IMG/VR virus record: IMGVR_UViG_2710264778_000001
Location: 64,001 to 128,000 of that record
Direction: 5' to 3' (one strand)
Length of the DNA stretch: 64,000 nucleotides
Origin: a virus
Taxonomy: Duplodnaviria > Caudoviricetes
Shown here: positions 21,616 to 30,977 of the stretch, one piece after another
Numbering within the stretch: the first letter of the stretch is position 1
How the letters are laid out: each line of letters begins with the position of its first letter
Notes under the pieces: model-generated
Told to the model about the DNA's origin: nothing
Database searches by the model: none
What the model saw: only the letters and a program-made list of their open reading frames with translations
Position numbers and translations under genes: made by a program

Positions 21616-22182
21616 ATGGTATTTATTTTAGGTCTTTTTATAGTCTTTATATTGCTTTGTTGGATAGCCTCAGAATGTATGACTAGAAGTAATTATAAGA
21701 ATAGAAATAATCCTGTAAAATACAGTTTAAATAAACAATTAAAACTTATATCAGATGCTATAGATAATTTAGATGGGTTTCAATTCGAGAGTTTTTGTAC
21801 ATATATGTTTCAATTAGGAAATTTTAAGGCTAAGACAACACCAAAAACAAATGATGGTGGTAAAGATATAATTTTAAAAGATAAAGATGGGCTGATTTAT
21901 GTTGAATGCAAACATTATAATGAAAATAATAAAATTACAGTAAATTTAATACACAAATTAATTAGTGCCTGTACTGTAGATGGAATTAGACGAGGTATTT
22001 TTATAACTACATCATTATATACTAGTTCCTCAATTGAATTAGTTGAAAAATGTGATTCAGTAGACATCCAGATATGGTATAAAGATGATTTGTTAAATTT
22101 CTGTACGAATATTGATAGAATAGAGTTATTAGAATGGCTAGGATACGATAAAGATGAGGTTTTAAAATATTGTACAATATAA
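21616..22182 (+). CDS. Membrane-anchored Mrr-like (Mrr_cat) endonuclease
   Basis: N-terminal TM helix; FESF...DGGKDI...VECKHY...FITTS. Confidence 0.85.
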   Translation: MVFILGLFIVFILLCWIASECMTRSNYKNRNNPVKYSLNKQLKLISDAIDNLDGFQFESFCTYMFQLGNFKAKTTPKTNDGGKDIILKDKDGLIYVECKHYNENNKITVNLIHKLISACTVDGIRRGIFITTSLYTSSSIELVEKCDSVDIQIWYKDDLLNFCTNIDRIELLEWLGYDKDEVLKYCTI

Positions 22183-22230
22183 AAAATAGCACCTACTCTA
22201 TTTTGAGTAAGGTGCTTTAAAAAATATCAT

Positions 22231-23349
22231 TTATTTTTTACCTAAATTCATGTATTTATCTCTAATAGACGAAGATTTTCTTCTTCCCTTTGTAGATGAA
22301 CTAGTTGTTTTTGATGTTTGAGTTGTCCTTGTATTAACTTTATTCATTGCACTGAAATCAATTTCTATATCATCTTCATTATTTTCTATACTTTGCTTTT
22401 CTGCTTCAGCTTTCTTATCCATTAAATCTTTATATGATTTTTTTAATTCTGTAATAACTTTATTATTAAAGCTAGTCCCAGATGAGATTAAAATATTTGT
22501 TTCTTCATCCCAAACTGAATCATGTGTAAAGGTTGGATATCCAAATAAATCTCTAACTAATTCAATATTGATATCCTTTTTGTGTTTTTTGTTTAAAATC
22601 ATACCATCATATTTAGGATTTTTTAGAGGTTCTACATATATGCTTTTGTTTACTGCATCACTTAAACCATTTCCAAAATCTTCATTAGCAAATTCTAATA
22701 TAGTCATAAATCCAGGAGTTGTTAATAATACTTCTAACTCATTTTCGTCTAGATTTCCATCAGCAGTAATATGATCATAATTTAATAATCTTGACATCGT
22801 GATTGCAAAATCTCTATTAATATCCATCTTATTTTCTCTTGAATTATTATCAAGTAATTGAATATTAGTAATTAATCCTTTACCATCATTATATGCTTCT
22901 TTTAATTGTTCTAAACTTTGAATAGCATTACCTTGCATTCCTAGGTCTTCATTTGATTTAGGAATTACAGTTACAACATTTGCTACTTTACCTTCCTCAC
23001 CATACAATTCAGAGAATGCTTCAGCTAAAATTCCTCCCATTGTTCCACCAGTTCCGCCTGAAAGTGTGTAGATGAAATAGTAAATCGTTGCATTAGCATA
23101 TCTTTCATATATTTTTCTGCAAATTTTATCTATAGTATCATCTTGCGTTATAACTTCTATGGCATATTGTCTGTTCTTTGCCATACCCTTCATACCATCA
23201 ATATGATATTTATTTTTAATATTAGTTTCAATTGTATCAAGATCTTCTAATGAACTATTTATATAGAATGCGTTAAACCCTTCTTTTTCTAATTCTCTAA
23301 CTATATTAGAACCGCCTTGTCCTATACCTATAAATACTGTTTCTACCAT
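22231..23349 (-). CDS. tubZ: Tubulin/FtsZ-like partition GTPase TubZ
   Basis: GIGQGG, SGGTGG signature loop, NLDENE T7-like loop and a basic C-terminal tail; adjacent to tubR- and tubY-like genes. Confidence 0.88.
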   Translation of the reverse strand: MVETVFIGIGQGGSNIVRELEKEGFNAFYINSSLEDLDTIETNIKNKYHIDGMKGMAKNRQYAIEVITQDDTIDKICRKIYERYANATIYYFIYTLSGGTGGTMGGILAEAFSELYGEEGKVANVVTVIPKSNEDLGMQGNAIQSLEQLKEAYNDGKGLITNIQLLDNNSRENKMDINRDFAITMSRLLNYDHITADGNLDENELEVLLTTPGFMTILEFANEDFGNGLSDAVNKSIYVEPLKNPKYDGMILNKKHKKDINIELVRDLFGYPTFTHDSVWDEETNILISSGTSFNNKVITELKKSYKDLMDKKAEAEKQSIENNEDDIEIDFSAMNKVNTRTTQTSKTTSSSTKGRRKSSSIRDKYMNLGKK

Positions 23350-23351
23350 TT

Positions 23352-23699
23352 CTAATCCTCCTCAATATCATTTTCATTTTCTTTTAATAATTTTTGAATA
23401 TCTTCATCACTTAGGTTATGTGCTGTTTTAAAATTTTCAATACCTAAAGGACTAATATAATACGTTTTAAACTGTCCATCTTTTGTACCTTCTAAAATTA
23501 AGCCAGTTATTAAAAAACTTTTTATTACGCTTCTTATCTTCGATGATGATAATTCTGTTAAATTCATCAACTGTACTCTATTTAAAGAAGCCATTGGGGA
23601 AACACAATTATTGGCTATTAATTCTTCTAATACTTTGTAATCTCTTTTATTAAATAATTCTGACATAATATCACCACCTTGTTGACTAAATAATACCAT
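23352..23699 (-). CDS. tubR: TubR-like wHTH adaptor (start probably MSELF)
   Basis: Small wHTH gene immediately upstream of tubZ, as in type III partition loci. Confidence 0.7.
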   Translation of the reverse strand: MVLFSQQGGDIMSELFNKRDYKVLEELIANNCVSPMASLNRVQLMNLTELSSSKIRSVIKSFLITGLILEGTKDGQFKTYYISPLGIENFKTAHNLSDEDIQKLLKENENDIEED

Positions 23700-24085
23700 T
23701 TACAATATAGCTTGTCAATAATGTATTATTATTCTTTTTATATTTTATATTAGTAATATATTAACTATATATAAGTTTTGTGCATGTTATATTAGTATTT
23801 CTATTACAAAGTGCTAATACAATGTACTCATAGTATTTGAATAATGCTTATACAATAACTACAAACTGCTTATATAATGCTTTTATAATAATTACACTAT
23901 TTACTTATAAAACCAACAGTATATAGTTATATTGTGTTCATAATATACTCACTAATTCAAGTAAACTAAAGTTATAGTTGAGTTTTTATAAAGTAAACTA
24001 TATTTATAGTAAAGAATAATTAAACTAAAGTCTATCTCTACCACTAAAAATTTAAAGTAAATTCTATTGTGTAATTTACTTTAAA
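23700..24085. promoter_or_regulatory. Candidate tubC centromere / divergent promoter region
   Basis: AT-rich interval with repeated AGTAAACTA/TAAACTAAAGT and TGCTTATA units, plus the inverted repeat AAAGTAAATT...AATTTACTTT. Confidence 0.45.
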
Positions 24086-24086
24086 T

Positions 24087-24896
24087 TTGTTATACTATAA
24101 TTATAGTTTAATTAAATGGAGGTTTAGAATATTGAGTAAAGATATAATTGATGTTGATTTTATAGATATCGGAAAAGAAGTGTTTTTAACAGCTCCAGAT
24201 GTTGCTAGAGAAATTCCAGATGATGAAAAAAGGGTGAGATACTGGGGTGATGTTTTTGGTGATATAAAAAAATGTGGTGTATATAAGATAGACGGAAGAA
24301 AAAAATATACTAAACAAACGATAAAAGCATTTAAAGTTATACAAAAATTAATTGATGACAAACAATTTACTCATGCACAAGTTCGAGATTATATATCTAA
24401 AAATGGATTTGAATATATATTAGACAATAAGAATGACTTATCTAAAGATTTAATAGGATACAATGGATTATCTAGTGAACTTTCTGTAGAGTTGGAACAG
24501 AAATTAAATGTTTTCCAAAAAAATATAAAAAATATGTTACTTGAACATGGAGAATTTCTAAAAAATGATATAAAAGAACAAGTAGCATTAACTGTAGATG
24601 AAGTTGTTTCTGATAAATTAGAACCGTTTAAGATTGATTTGAAGAATGATATTAAAGGCAATCTTGAAGAATTTAATAGTGATAATAAAAAATCATCTGA
24701 TAGGTTATATGAACAAATAAATAGCAGGTTTAACGATTTAGACAAAAAATCAGAAGAACGTGATTTAAAATTAGTGGAAAAATTAAGAGATGATACTAAA
24801 GATGCTAAAATTAAAGCTTTAGAATTAGAAATTGAACAATTAAAATCTAATCAAAATCAAGGATTTTTTGAAAGAATATTTGGTAAAAAGAAATAA
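24087..24896 (+). CDS. tubY: TubY-like protein (MerR-like HTH, coiled coil, amphipathic tail); true start probably ~24132
   Basis: RVRYW...GRKKYT HTH, a long coiled coil and C-terminal GFFERIFGKKK. Confidence 0.75.
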   Translation: MLYYNYSLIKWRFRILSKDIIDVDFIDIGKEVFLTAPDVAREIPDDEKRVRYWGDVFGDIKKCGVYKIDGRKKYTKQTIKAFKVIQKLIDDKQFTHAQVRDYISKNGFEYILDNKNDLSKDLIGYNGLSSELSVELEQKLNVFQKNIKNMLLEHGEFLKNDIKEQVALTVDEVVSDKLEPFKIDLKNDIKGNLEEFNSDNKKSSDRLYEQINSRFNDLDKKSEERDLKLVEKLRDDTKDAKIKALELEIEQLKSNQNQGFFERIFGKKK

Positions 24897-25057
24897 GAGA
24901 TAATCTTATGTCGGAAATGAAATTAATTTCTGTGCCCTAGATAGGGCGTATTAGACGTTGTAAAAGTTTTAATGAGCAAATTATCGTCTTTAAGTAGGAA
25001 GTCTATATAAGGCTGAGAACAACAATATGGGTGCTGATTTTATTTTTTAAATATAAT

Positions 25058-25389
25058 CAGAGAAATTTGGGAGACTTATTTTAAAATGCATTTTATGTGT
25101 ATATATGTAATATTAATATAAGATTACATATATAACACACATAGAATGTATTTATGTATTACAAGATTTTCTCAATTTTAATAGTTACAATGCTTTAAGG
25201 TAGTTATTCACAAGTTAAATATGGTGCAATTTAGGACTTCAAACAGAGTAATTTGGGAATCAAGTAAGAGAAAATTGGGATTGCAACAGAGAAATTTGGG
25301 TGATATTATATAAATATGTAATTTCATAAAAACAGAGTTATTTGGTATTTAAAACAGAGAGATTTGGGAGGAGGACAGAGTAATTTGGG
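25058..25389 (+). repeat. Rep_3 iteron origin with a DnaA box
   Basis: CAGAGWAATTTGGG-like units at 25058, 25244, 25266, 25287, 25333, 25355 and 25376 (21-22 bp period); TTATTCACA at 25204-25212. Confidence 0.88.
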
Positions 25390-26560
25390 AAAAGAACATC
25401 AAGAAAAAGTTTATGAACAATTAGCTTTAAATATTCAACCAATGGAGACAGATACCTATGTATATAAGTCTCATAATCTTATTGAGAGTGGGTATAACTT
25501 TACTCTTAACGAACAAAGATTGACATATTTGGCCAGTAAAAAACTAAAACCAAGATATATAAAGTCTAACATAAAACCTTCACAAATGAAGACTTTTTTA
25601 GCAAATGAAACATTTAAGGATTTAAGAATTTATGTAAATGAATTTAAGGATGCATTTGATTTAAAAAGTAATAACCTATATAAAGTTTTAGCTGATACGG
25701 CACATAGTCTTAAACAAAAGAATATTCAATATCTACAAGATGATGGGGTGTTTGTTGAAAAGAGTTGGGTTATAACAAGTAAATACAATCCTGAAGGTAA
25801 ATATGTTGACTTAACATTCCATCCAGATTTGATACTTGATTTATTAGTTATAAAGGGTAGATTTGGAAAGATGGAATACAATGCGACTAAGAAATTTACA
25901 ACGTCTTATGCATTTAGAATCTATGAGCTATTGCAGAATTATGCTTATAGGGGGTTTAGAAGATTTGAGTTAGAAGATTTAAGATATAAGTTAGGTATAT
26001 ATGATGATAATAAATATAAACAATTTAGTGATTTTAAAAAATATATATTAAACCCTTCAATTGAATCTATTAATCAATCTACTAGTCTAGATATAAATTT
26101 TAAAGAATTAAGATATGGTAGAAAAGTTGGAGCTATTGAATTCTATATCTCCCAAAAAACTCTGATTTCACAAAAAATAGATGATGATATAGATGTTGTA
26201 GATCAATCACAAGTAGAAGAAATGGAGAAAAGAGTAGGTTGTACATTAACAGCAGGTACAGTAGCAACATTAACCAATATGGCTATAGAATCAATTAAAA
26301 AACATAAAATTGATATGAGTTTTTATCAATATATTGAATATGAGATGGAAAGAGTAAGAGAATACTCAAAACAAACTACTATAAAAAATGTTGTTAGCTG
26401 TCTTAAAACCGCACTAAGAGAAAATTGGGGAGAAGAAATTTCTATCCCAAAAAATTCTGACTTTAATAACTTTGATGGTAGGGATTATAATTATGATGCT
26501 TTAGAAGAAATGGCGTTGGGTTATAAAGATTATAATCCAGATGAGTTATATAACAAATAG
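25364..26560 (+). CDS. Rep_3-family plasmid replication initiator (start probably TTG at 25385)
   Basis: KSHNLIES.YNFTLNEQRL, SYAFRIYELL, FSDFKKYILNPSIESIN and GRKV..IEF motifs; iterons upstream. Confidence 0.92.
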   Translation: MGGGQSNLGKEHQEKVYEQLALNIQPMETDTYVYKSHNLIESGYNFTLNEQRLTYLASKKLKPRYIKSNIKPSQMKTFLANETFKDLRIYVNEFKDAFDLKSNNLYKVLADTAHSLKQKNIQYLQDDGVFVEKSWVITSKYNPEGKYVDLTFHPDLILDLLVIKGRFGKMEYNATKKFTTSYAFRIYELLQNYAYRGFRRFELEDLRYKLGIYDDNKYKQFSDFKKYILNPSIESINQSTSLDINFKELRYGRKVGAIEFYISQKTLISQKIDDDIDVVDQSQVEEMEKRVGCTLTAGTVATLTNMAIESIKKHKIDMSFYQYIEYEMERVREYSKQTTIKNVVSCLKTALRENWGEEISIPKNSDFNNFDGRDYNYDALEEMALGYKDYNPDELYNK

Positions 26561-26846
26561 TCTTACATCAAATTCATTTATTAAAACACAAAATAACGTC
26601 TAAATTTGCCCTTTAACAGCTTAAGAGGTATTATGTGTCGCCTAACTACTAAAATTGAAATTTGAGCCTTTAAAACGCATTTTAAGCCTATATAGAATTA
26701 TATGTGAGTGTAGTATTAATTATTACACTCTTTTTGTTATTTAAAATAAAAATTCTGAATATTAATGAGTCAAGTATAATAAAAACAAAATATAACTAAG
26801 TTGACAAATATATAACCATGGTGTAATATGGTAAATAGGATAGGAG

Positions 26847-27773
26847 GTGAGAGAGTTGAAAATAGAAAACAACAGTACATTCGTAATGATAGACGATAAA
26901 TATATAAAAGATGGAGACTATATACTAACCAGTGAACAACTAACTATATTAACTTTAGCAAGTATGAATTTATCATGTAAGGGAACTTGTACTATTTCAA
27001 TAACTTGGATAATGGACATGCTTAATTATTCTAGGAATAACAATAGAAAAGTAAATGATATAAAATTAATACTACAACAACTGATAGATGATAATGTTAT
27101 TGAACTATATAAAAATGTACTCAATGATTATAAAGAAAACAAAATAAATAATATAGAATCTATTGATAGAAATGATTTTTTGTATTGCTATATTCCAGAT
27201 GTTGTTGATTACACAATAATATACGATCTTGAAATATTAGAACTACTAAAAATAGCTAATACATATAAATTAGATACATATTCATTAATTAATTTTGTAT
27301 TGTATATATACTCATTTATAAATAATAGCGAAACTGATGAAGATTATAAATTGTGCTATCCATCATTCAACAATATATCAGATACAATTGGAATAGGTGA
27401 ATCAACTATAGTAAAATATACAGACATATTACAAGCTAATGAGATTTTATATTGTGATTATGCTGGTTATAAGGAAACAACTAAAGGACAAATCAAGAAT
27501 TCTAAAATGTTCTATAGCAGATATATGGATATTGAACTACTAACTAATAGAGTAAATAGATATAGAGAACAAAATGGATTTATAAAATTAAATAAACTAA
27601 GCAAGAACAAATCCAATATAAAAAGAAGCCTAAAGCAAATGATAAATACATTAGAAAATAAAATAAATGAAAATACAATAACAAATTTAGAACAAGAAAG
27701 ATTGAAATTACTACAAGAAGAATATAACAAACTAGAAAAACAAGACAAAGAAAACAAAAGTCAAAGTGAGTAG
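26847..27773 (+). CDS. Tandem wHTH Rep-like protein B (intact paralog of A)
   Basis: LCYPSF...IGESTIVKY HTH; end-to-end similarity to restored gene A. Confidence 0.85.
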   Translation: MRELKIENNSTFVMIDDKYIKDGDYILTSEQLTILTLASMNLSCKGTCTISITWIMDMLNYSRNNNRKVNDIKLILQQLIDDNVIELYKNVLNDYKENKINNIESIDRNDFLYCYIPDVVDYTIIYDLEILELLKIANTYKLDTYSLINFVLYIYSFINNSETDEDYKLCYPSFNNISDTIGIGESTIVKYTDILQANEILYCDYAGYKETTKGQIKNSKMFYSRYMDIELLTNRVNRYREQNGFIKLNKLSKNKSNIKRSLKQMINTLENKINENTITNLEQERLKLLQEEYNKLEKQDKENKSQSE

Positions 27774-27789
27774 CGTTTCAGCTACGAAG

Positions 27790-28030
27790 ATTCTATCTTG
27801 TTATTAATTTATATTGATAGTTAATTTATATATTTAATTAATCTATATGGTTATTTAATTTATATATTTACACTCCTATCATGATTAAAAAATGGGGGTG
27901 CAGTTTTTCAAAAGTGTCATTTGCGTGTGCAAGTTTAGGTATAAATATACCTTTATCGGGTGCAAGGTTTAAGGGTAATACCCCATAATCGGGTGCAAGA
28001 AAAGACAAAAAAGTGCTTTATCGGGTGCAA
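27790..28030. repeat. AT-rich tract plus iteron-like array B
   Basis: TTAATTTATA units, then GTGCAA at 27927, 27960, 27993 and 28025 (ATCGGGTGCAA x3), 32-33 bp period. Confidence 0.72.
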
Positions 28031-28086
28031 ATGAATTTAGAGTGCAATAAAGATAAAATATACATAAGTGAAAGGAAGATAATTAA

Positions 28087-28770
28087 ATGAATAAATACAA
28101 AATAAGAGGAATATATAAAATAACAAACTTAATTAATGGTGAAGTTTATATAGGAGAATCTCTGGACATATACAGGCGTTGGGAAGAACATAAGGAGGAT
28201 TTAGAAAATAATAAACATCATAGTTATAAGTTGCAAACTGATTGGAATACTTATGGAGCAGATAACTTTAAGTTTGAAGTAGTGACAATACTTAGTGAAG
28301 ATATTGATAATTTTATAGATAAATACATTTTGCTTGTTTATGAGGATAAATATATACAAGAATATAATAGTATTAATAATGGATATAATATTGAAAATAC
28401 TTTAGAACAAGTTTTAAATGGAGATAAAATAATAATAAATGAAAAAGATAATTTATTATTAGAAGGTTGGATGTTAAAAGAAAGACTAGGAAAATTAATT
28501 AATGAAAACAAAGTCATTAGAAAAATAAATAAAAAGATTAAATATTTTAGCACAGCAGATATAGAAAGAAAACTTAAAATCAATTATCAAAATTTAATTG
28601 ATATACTATTAAATGAAAATATAATATATCAAATTAGAAGAAAACAAAAGTTAAATTGTGAGTATCAGAATGAGAAATATGCTGTAAATTATGATGAATA
28701 TTTACCAAGGATAAAATTTACTAGAGAAGGTTTTGATTTATTGTATAATACTGTTAAGGATAAAATATAA
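28087..28770 (+). CDS. GIY-YIG endonuclease with a KilA-C/ANT-like C-terminus
   Basis: GIYKI...VYIGES...RRW..H; C-terminal KFTREGFDLL. Confidence 0.85.
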   Translation: MNKYKIRGIYKITNLINGEVYIGESLDIYRRWEEHKEDLENNKHHSYKLQTDWNTYGADNFKFEVVTILSEDIDNFIDKYILLVYEDKYIQEYNSINNGYNIENTLEQVLNGDKIIINEKDNLLLEGWMLKERLGKLINENKVIRKINKKIKYFSTADIERKLKINYQNLIDILLNENIIYQIRRKQKLNCEYQNEKYAVNYDEYLPRIKFTREGFDLLYNTVKDKI

Positions 28771-29032
28771 TTAAGTTAAAGTAAAGAATATAAATATTAT
28801 GAAAAATCCAATAAATCTGTGATTTTATATAGATGTAAACAAAATATAAATAAGTATTTGACAGATAAAATAAATTATGGTAATATAGTATTTGTAAGGA
28901 GGTGAAAAACATGGTAATTGAGTTTGGTATAAGCATAAATGAATTATACAATAATAAATTACATATAAAATTAGGCTAGGTAACTGCCAAGCTTTAGCTT
29001 GTGCAGAGGAATAGCCCTTTGAGGAGAATAAA

Positions 29033-29452
29033 ATGAAACAATATAGAGAAAATGATAAATATTATTCGAGTGAACATTTAGTTTTTCGTTGTAGTTATCA
29101 TATAGTATTTTGTCCTAAATATAGACATAAAATATTAGTAGGTAAAGTTTCAGATAGATTAAAAGAAATTTGTATAGAAGTTTCTAAAGCTTATGATTTT
29201 ATCATAGAAGATATTGAAACAGATAGAGACCATATTCACATGATAATAACTTGTAATCCTAGATTTGGTATTTGTAAATGTGTCTCTTTAATAAAACAAA
29301 TTTCTGCTCATAGATTATTTGAAGAATTTCCATATATAAAACGTAATAAATTATGGGGAGGAAAGTTTTGGAGTAGGTCAACTTTTATTGCTACTGTAGG
29401 AAGCGTAAGCCTAGAAGTAGTAAAGAAATATATTGAAAATCAAGGTAAGTAA
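29033..29452 (+). CDS. tnpA: IS200-type Y1 transposase
   Basis: Identical protein to 4472..4891. Confidence 0.97.
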   Translation: MKQYRENDKYYSSEHLVFRCSYHIVFCPKYRHKILVGKVSDRLKEICIEVSKAYDFIIEDIETDRDHIHMIITCNPRFGICKCVSLIKQISAHRLFEEFPYIKRNKLWGGKFWSRSTFIATVGSVSLEVVKKYIENQGK

Positions 29453-29455
29453 TAT

Positions 29456-29484
29456 TTGACAAATTATACTAAAAAGAGTATAAT
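29456..29484 (+). promoter_or_regulatory. Consensus sigmaA promoter for tnpB (also 4440-4468 on the minus strand)
   Basis: TTGACA-17 bp-TATAAT. Confidence 0.85.
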
Positions 29485-29534
29485 TATATTAGTAAACAAA
29501 ATATATTATATAAAACGAAAGGAAGTGAATATTT

Positions 29535-30977
29535 ATGGCGAAAACAGATAGTTATGTATTAACTTTAAAGCTTAAAACAAATAAATCAGAAATAGTGGCA
29601 TTAGATAAATACTTTGAATTATCAAGAAAACTATACAATGCTTTACTAGATGAAGGATTAAGAAGATTTAGACTAATGAGAGAATCTAAATTATATCAAC
29701 AAGCAAGAATAGAAACTGATAAGAAAACTAAATCTAGTTTATTTAAACAAGCAGAAGAATATGCTAACTATGATAAATTTGCTTTAAATAAATATTCAAC
29801 TTCTTTAAGAGTTAATGAATTTAAAGATATAGATGCAAATACAGTTCAAGCATTATCTGCTAGAGTTATAAAAACAATAGATAGAATGAGATTTGGAAAT
29901 GCTAAACGAGTTAATTTTATTAGATACAATGAAATGTATTCTATCGAAGGATTAACTAATAGACAAGGAATTAGATATAGAGATGGTAGAATATATTTCA
30001 ATGATTTAATTTTAGAATGCGTTGTTAGAAATAATGATGAATATGCACAATTAGCATTACAGGATAAAATTAAATATTGTAGAATAATAAGAAAACAAAA
30101 GGGAAATAGAAATTTATATTATGTTCAATTAGTTTTAACAGGAATACCACCTAAAAAAAGAGATATTGGACAAGGTGAAGTTGGGCTAGATATTGGAACT
30201 AGAACAGTAGCTATTGTATCAGATAATGAAACTAAGTTATTAGAATTAGCTGAGGGAATTAATAATATTCAAAAAGTTAAAACTAGATTATCTAGAAAAT
30301 TAGATAGACAAAGACGTGCTAACAATCCTAATAAATATAATGAAGATGAAACAATTAATATTCATAATAGAGATAAATGGATTAAATCCAAGAATTATAT
30401 TAAAACTCAAAATAAACTAAGAGATATTCAAGGAAAAATGGCTAGGATTAGAAAACAATCTCATGAAGAACTAGCTAATTATGTTTTATCTTTAGGAAAT
30501 ATAATAAAAGTCGAAACTATGAATTATAGTGGATTACAAGCTAGAAGTAAAAATACAACTATAAATGAGAAGACAGGCAAATTTAATAAAAAGAAAAGAT
30601 TTGGAAAGAGTCTAGCAAACAAAGCGCCGAGTATGTTTTTAGAAATACTAAATAGAAAATTAAAATATGAAAGTTTATGGTTATTTAAAGTTAATACTTA
30701 TAAAGTTAAGGCTAGTCAATATAATCCATTTACTGATGAATATATTAAAAAGAAATTATCTCAAAGATGGAATGAGTTTGAGAATTGCAAAATACAAAGA
30801 GATTTAATGAGTGGTTTAATAATAAAGAATGTAATAATAGATGATAAAATGAAATTAGATACAATAGATAGAGATAAATTACTAAGTGAATTTGATAGTT
30901 TTAAAACATTGCATGATATTGAAATAATAAGAATTAAAAATAGTGATAATAGATTAATTTCAAGTATGGGAATATAA
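29535..30977 (+). CDS. tnpB: RNA-guided endonuclease TnpB
   Basis: Identical protein to 2947..4389; D/E/D RuvC triad present. Confidence 0.93.
   Translation: MAKTDSYVLTLKLKTNKSEIVALDKYFELSRKLYNALLDEGLRRFRLMRESKLYQQARIETDKKTKSSLFKQAEEYANYDKFALNKYSTSLRVNEFKDIDANTVQALSARVIKTIDRMRFGNAKRVNFIRYNEMYSIEGLTNRQGIRYRDGRIYFNDLILECVVRNNDEYAQLALQDKIKYCRIIRKQKGNRNLYYVQLVLTGIPPKKRDIGQGEVGLDIGTRTVAIVSDNETKLLELAEGINNIQKVKTRLSRKLDRQRRANNPNKYNEDETINIHNRDKWIKSKNYIKTQNKLRDIQGKMARIRKQSHEELANYVLSLGNIIKVETMNYSGLQARSKNTTINEKTGKFNKKKRFGKSLANKAPSMFLEILNRKLKYESLWLFKVNTYKVKASQYNPFTDEYIKKKLSQRWNEFENCKIQRDLMSGLIIKNVIIDDKMKLDTIDRDKLLSEFDSFKTLHDIEIIRIKNSDNRLISSMGI

Noticed and set aside
22231-23349. Host cell-division ftsZ
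   Set aside because: Divergent sequence, no dcw context, and flanked by tubR- and tubY-like genes
27920-28030. CRISPR-like mini-array (also 1953-2030 and 25244-25389)
   Set aside because: Repeats are only 10-14 bp with helical-phase periods and related spacers, and no cas genes are present; they fit iterons
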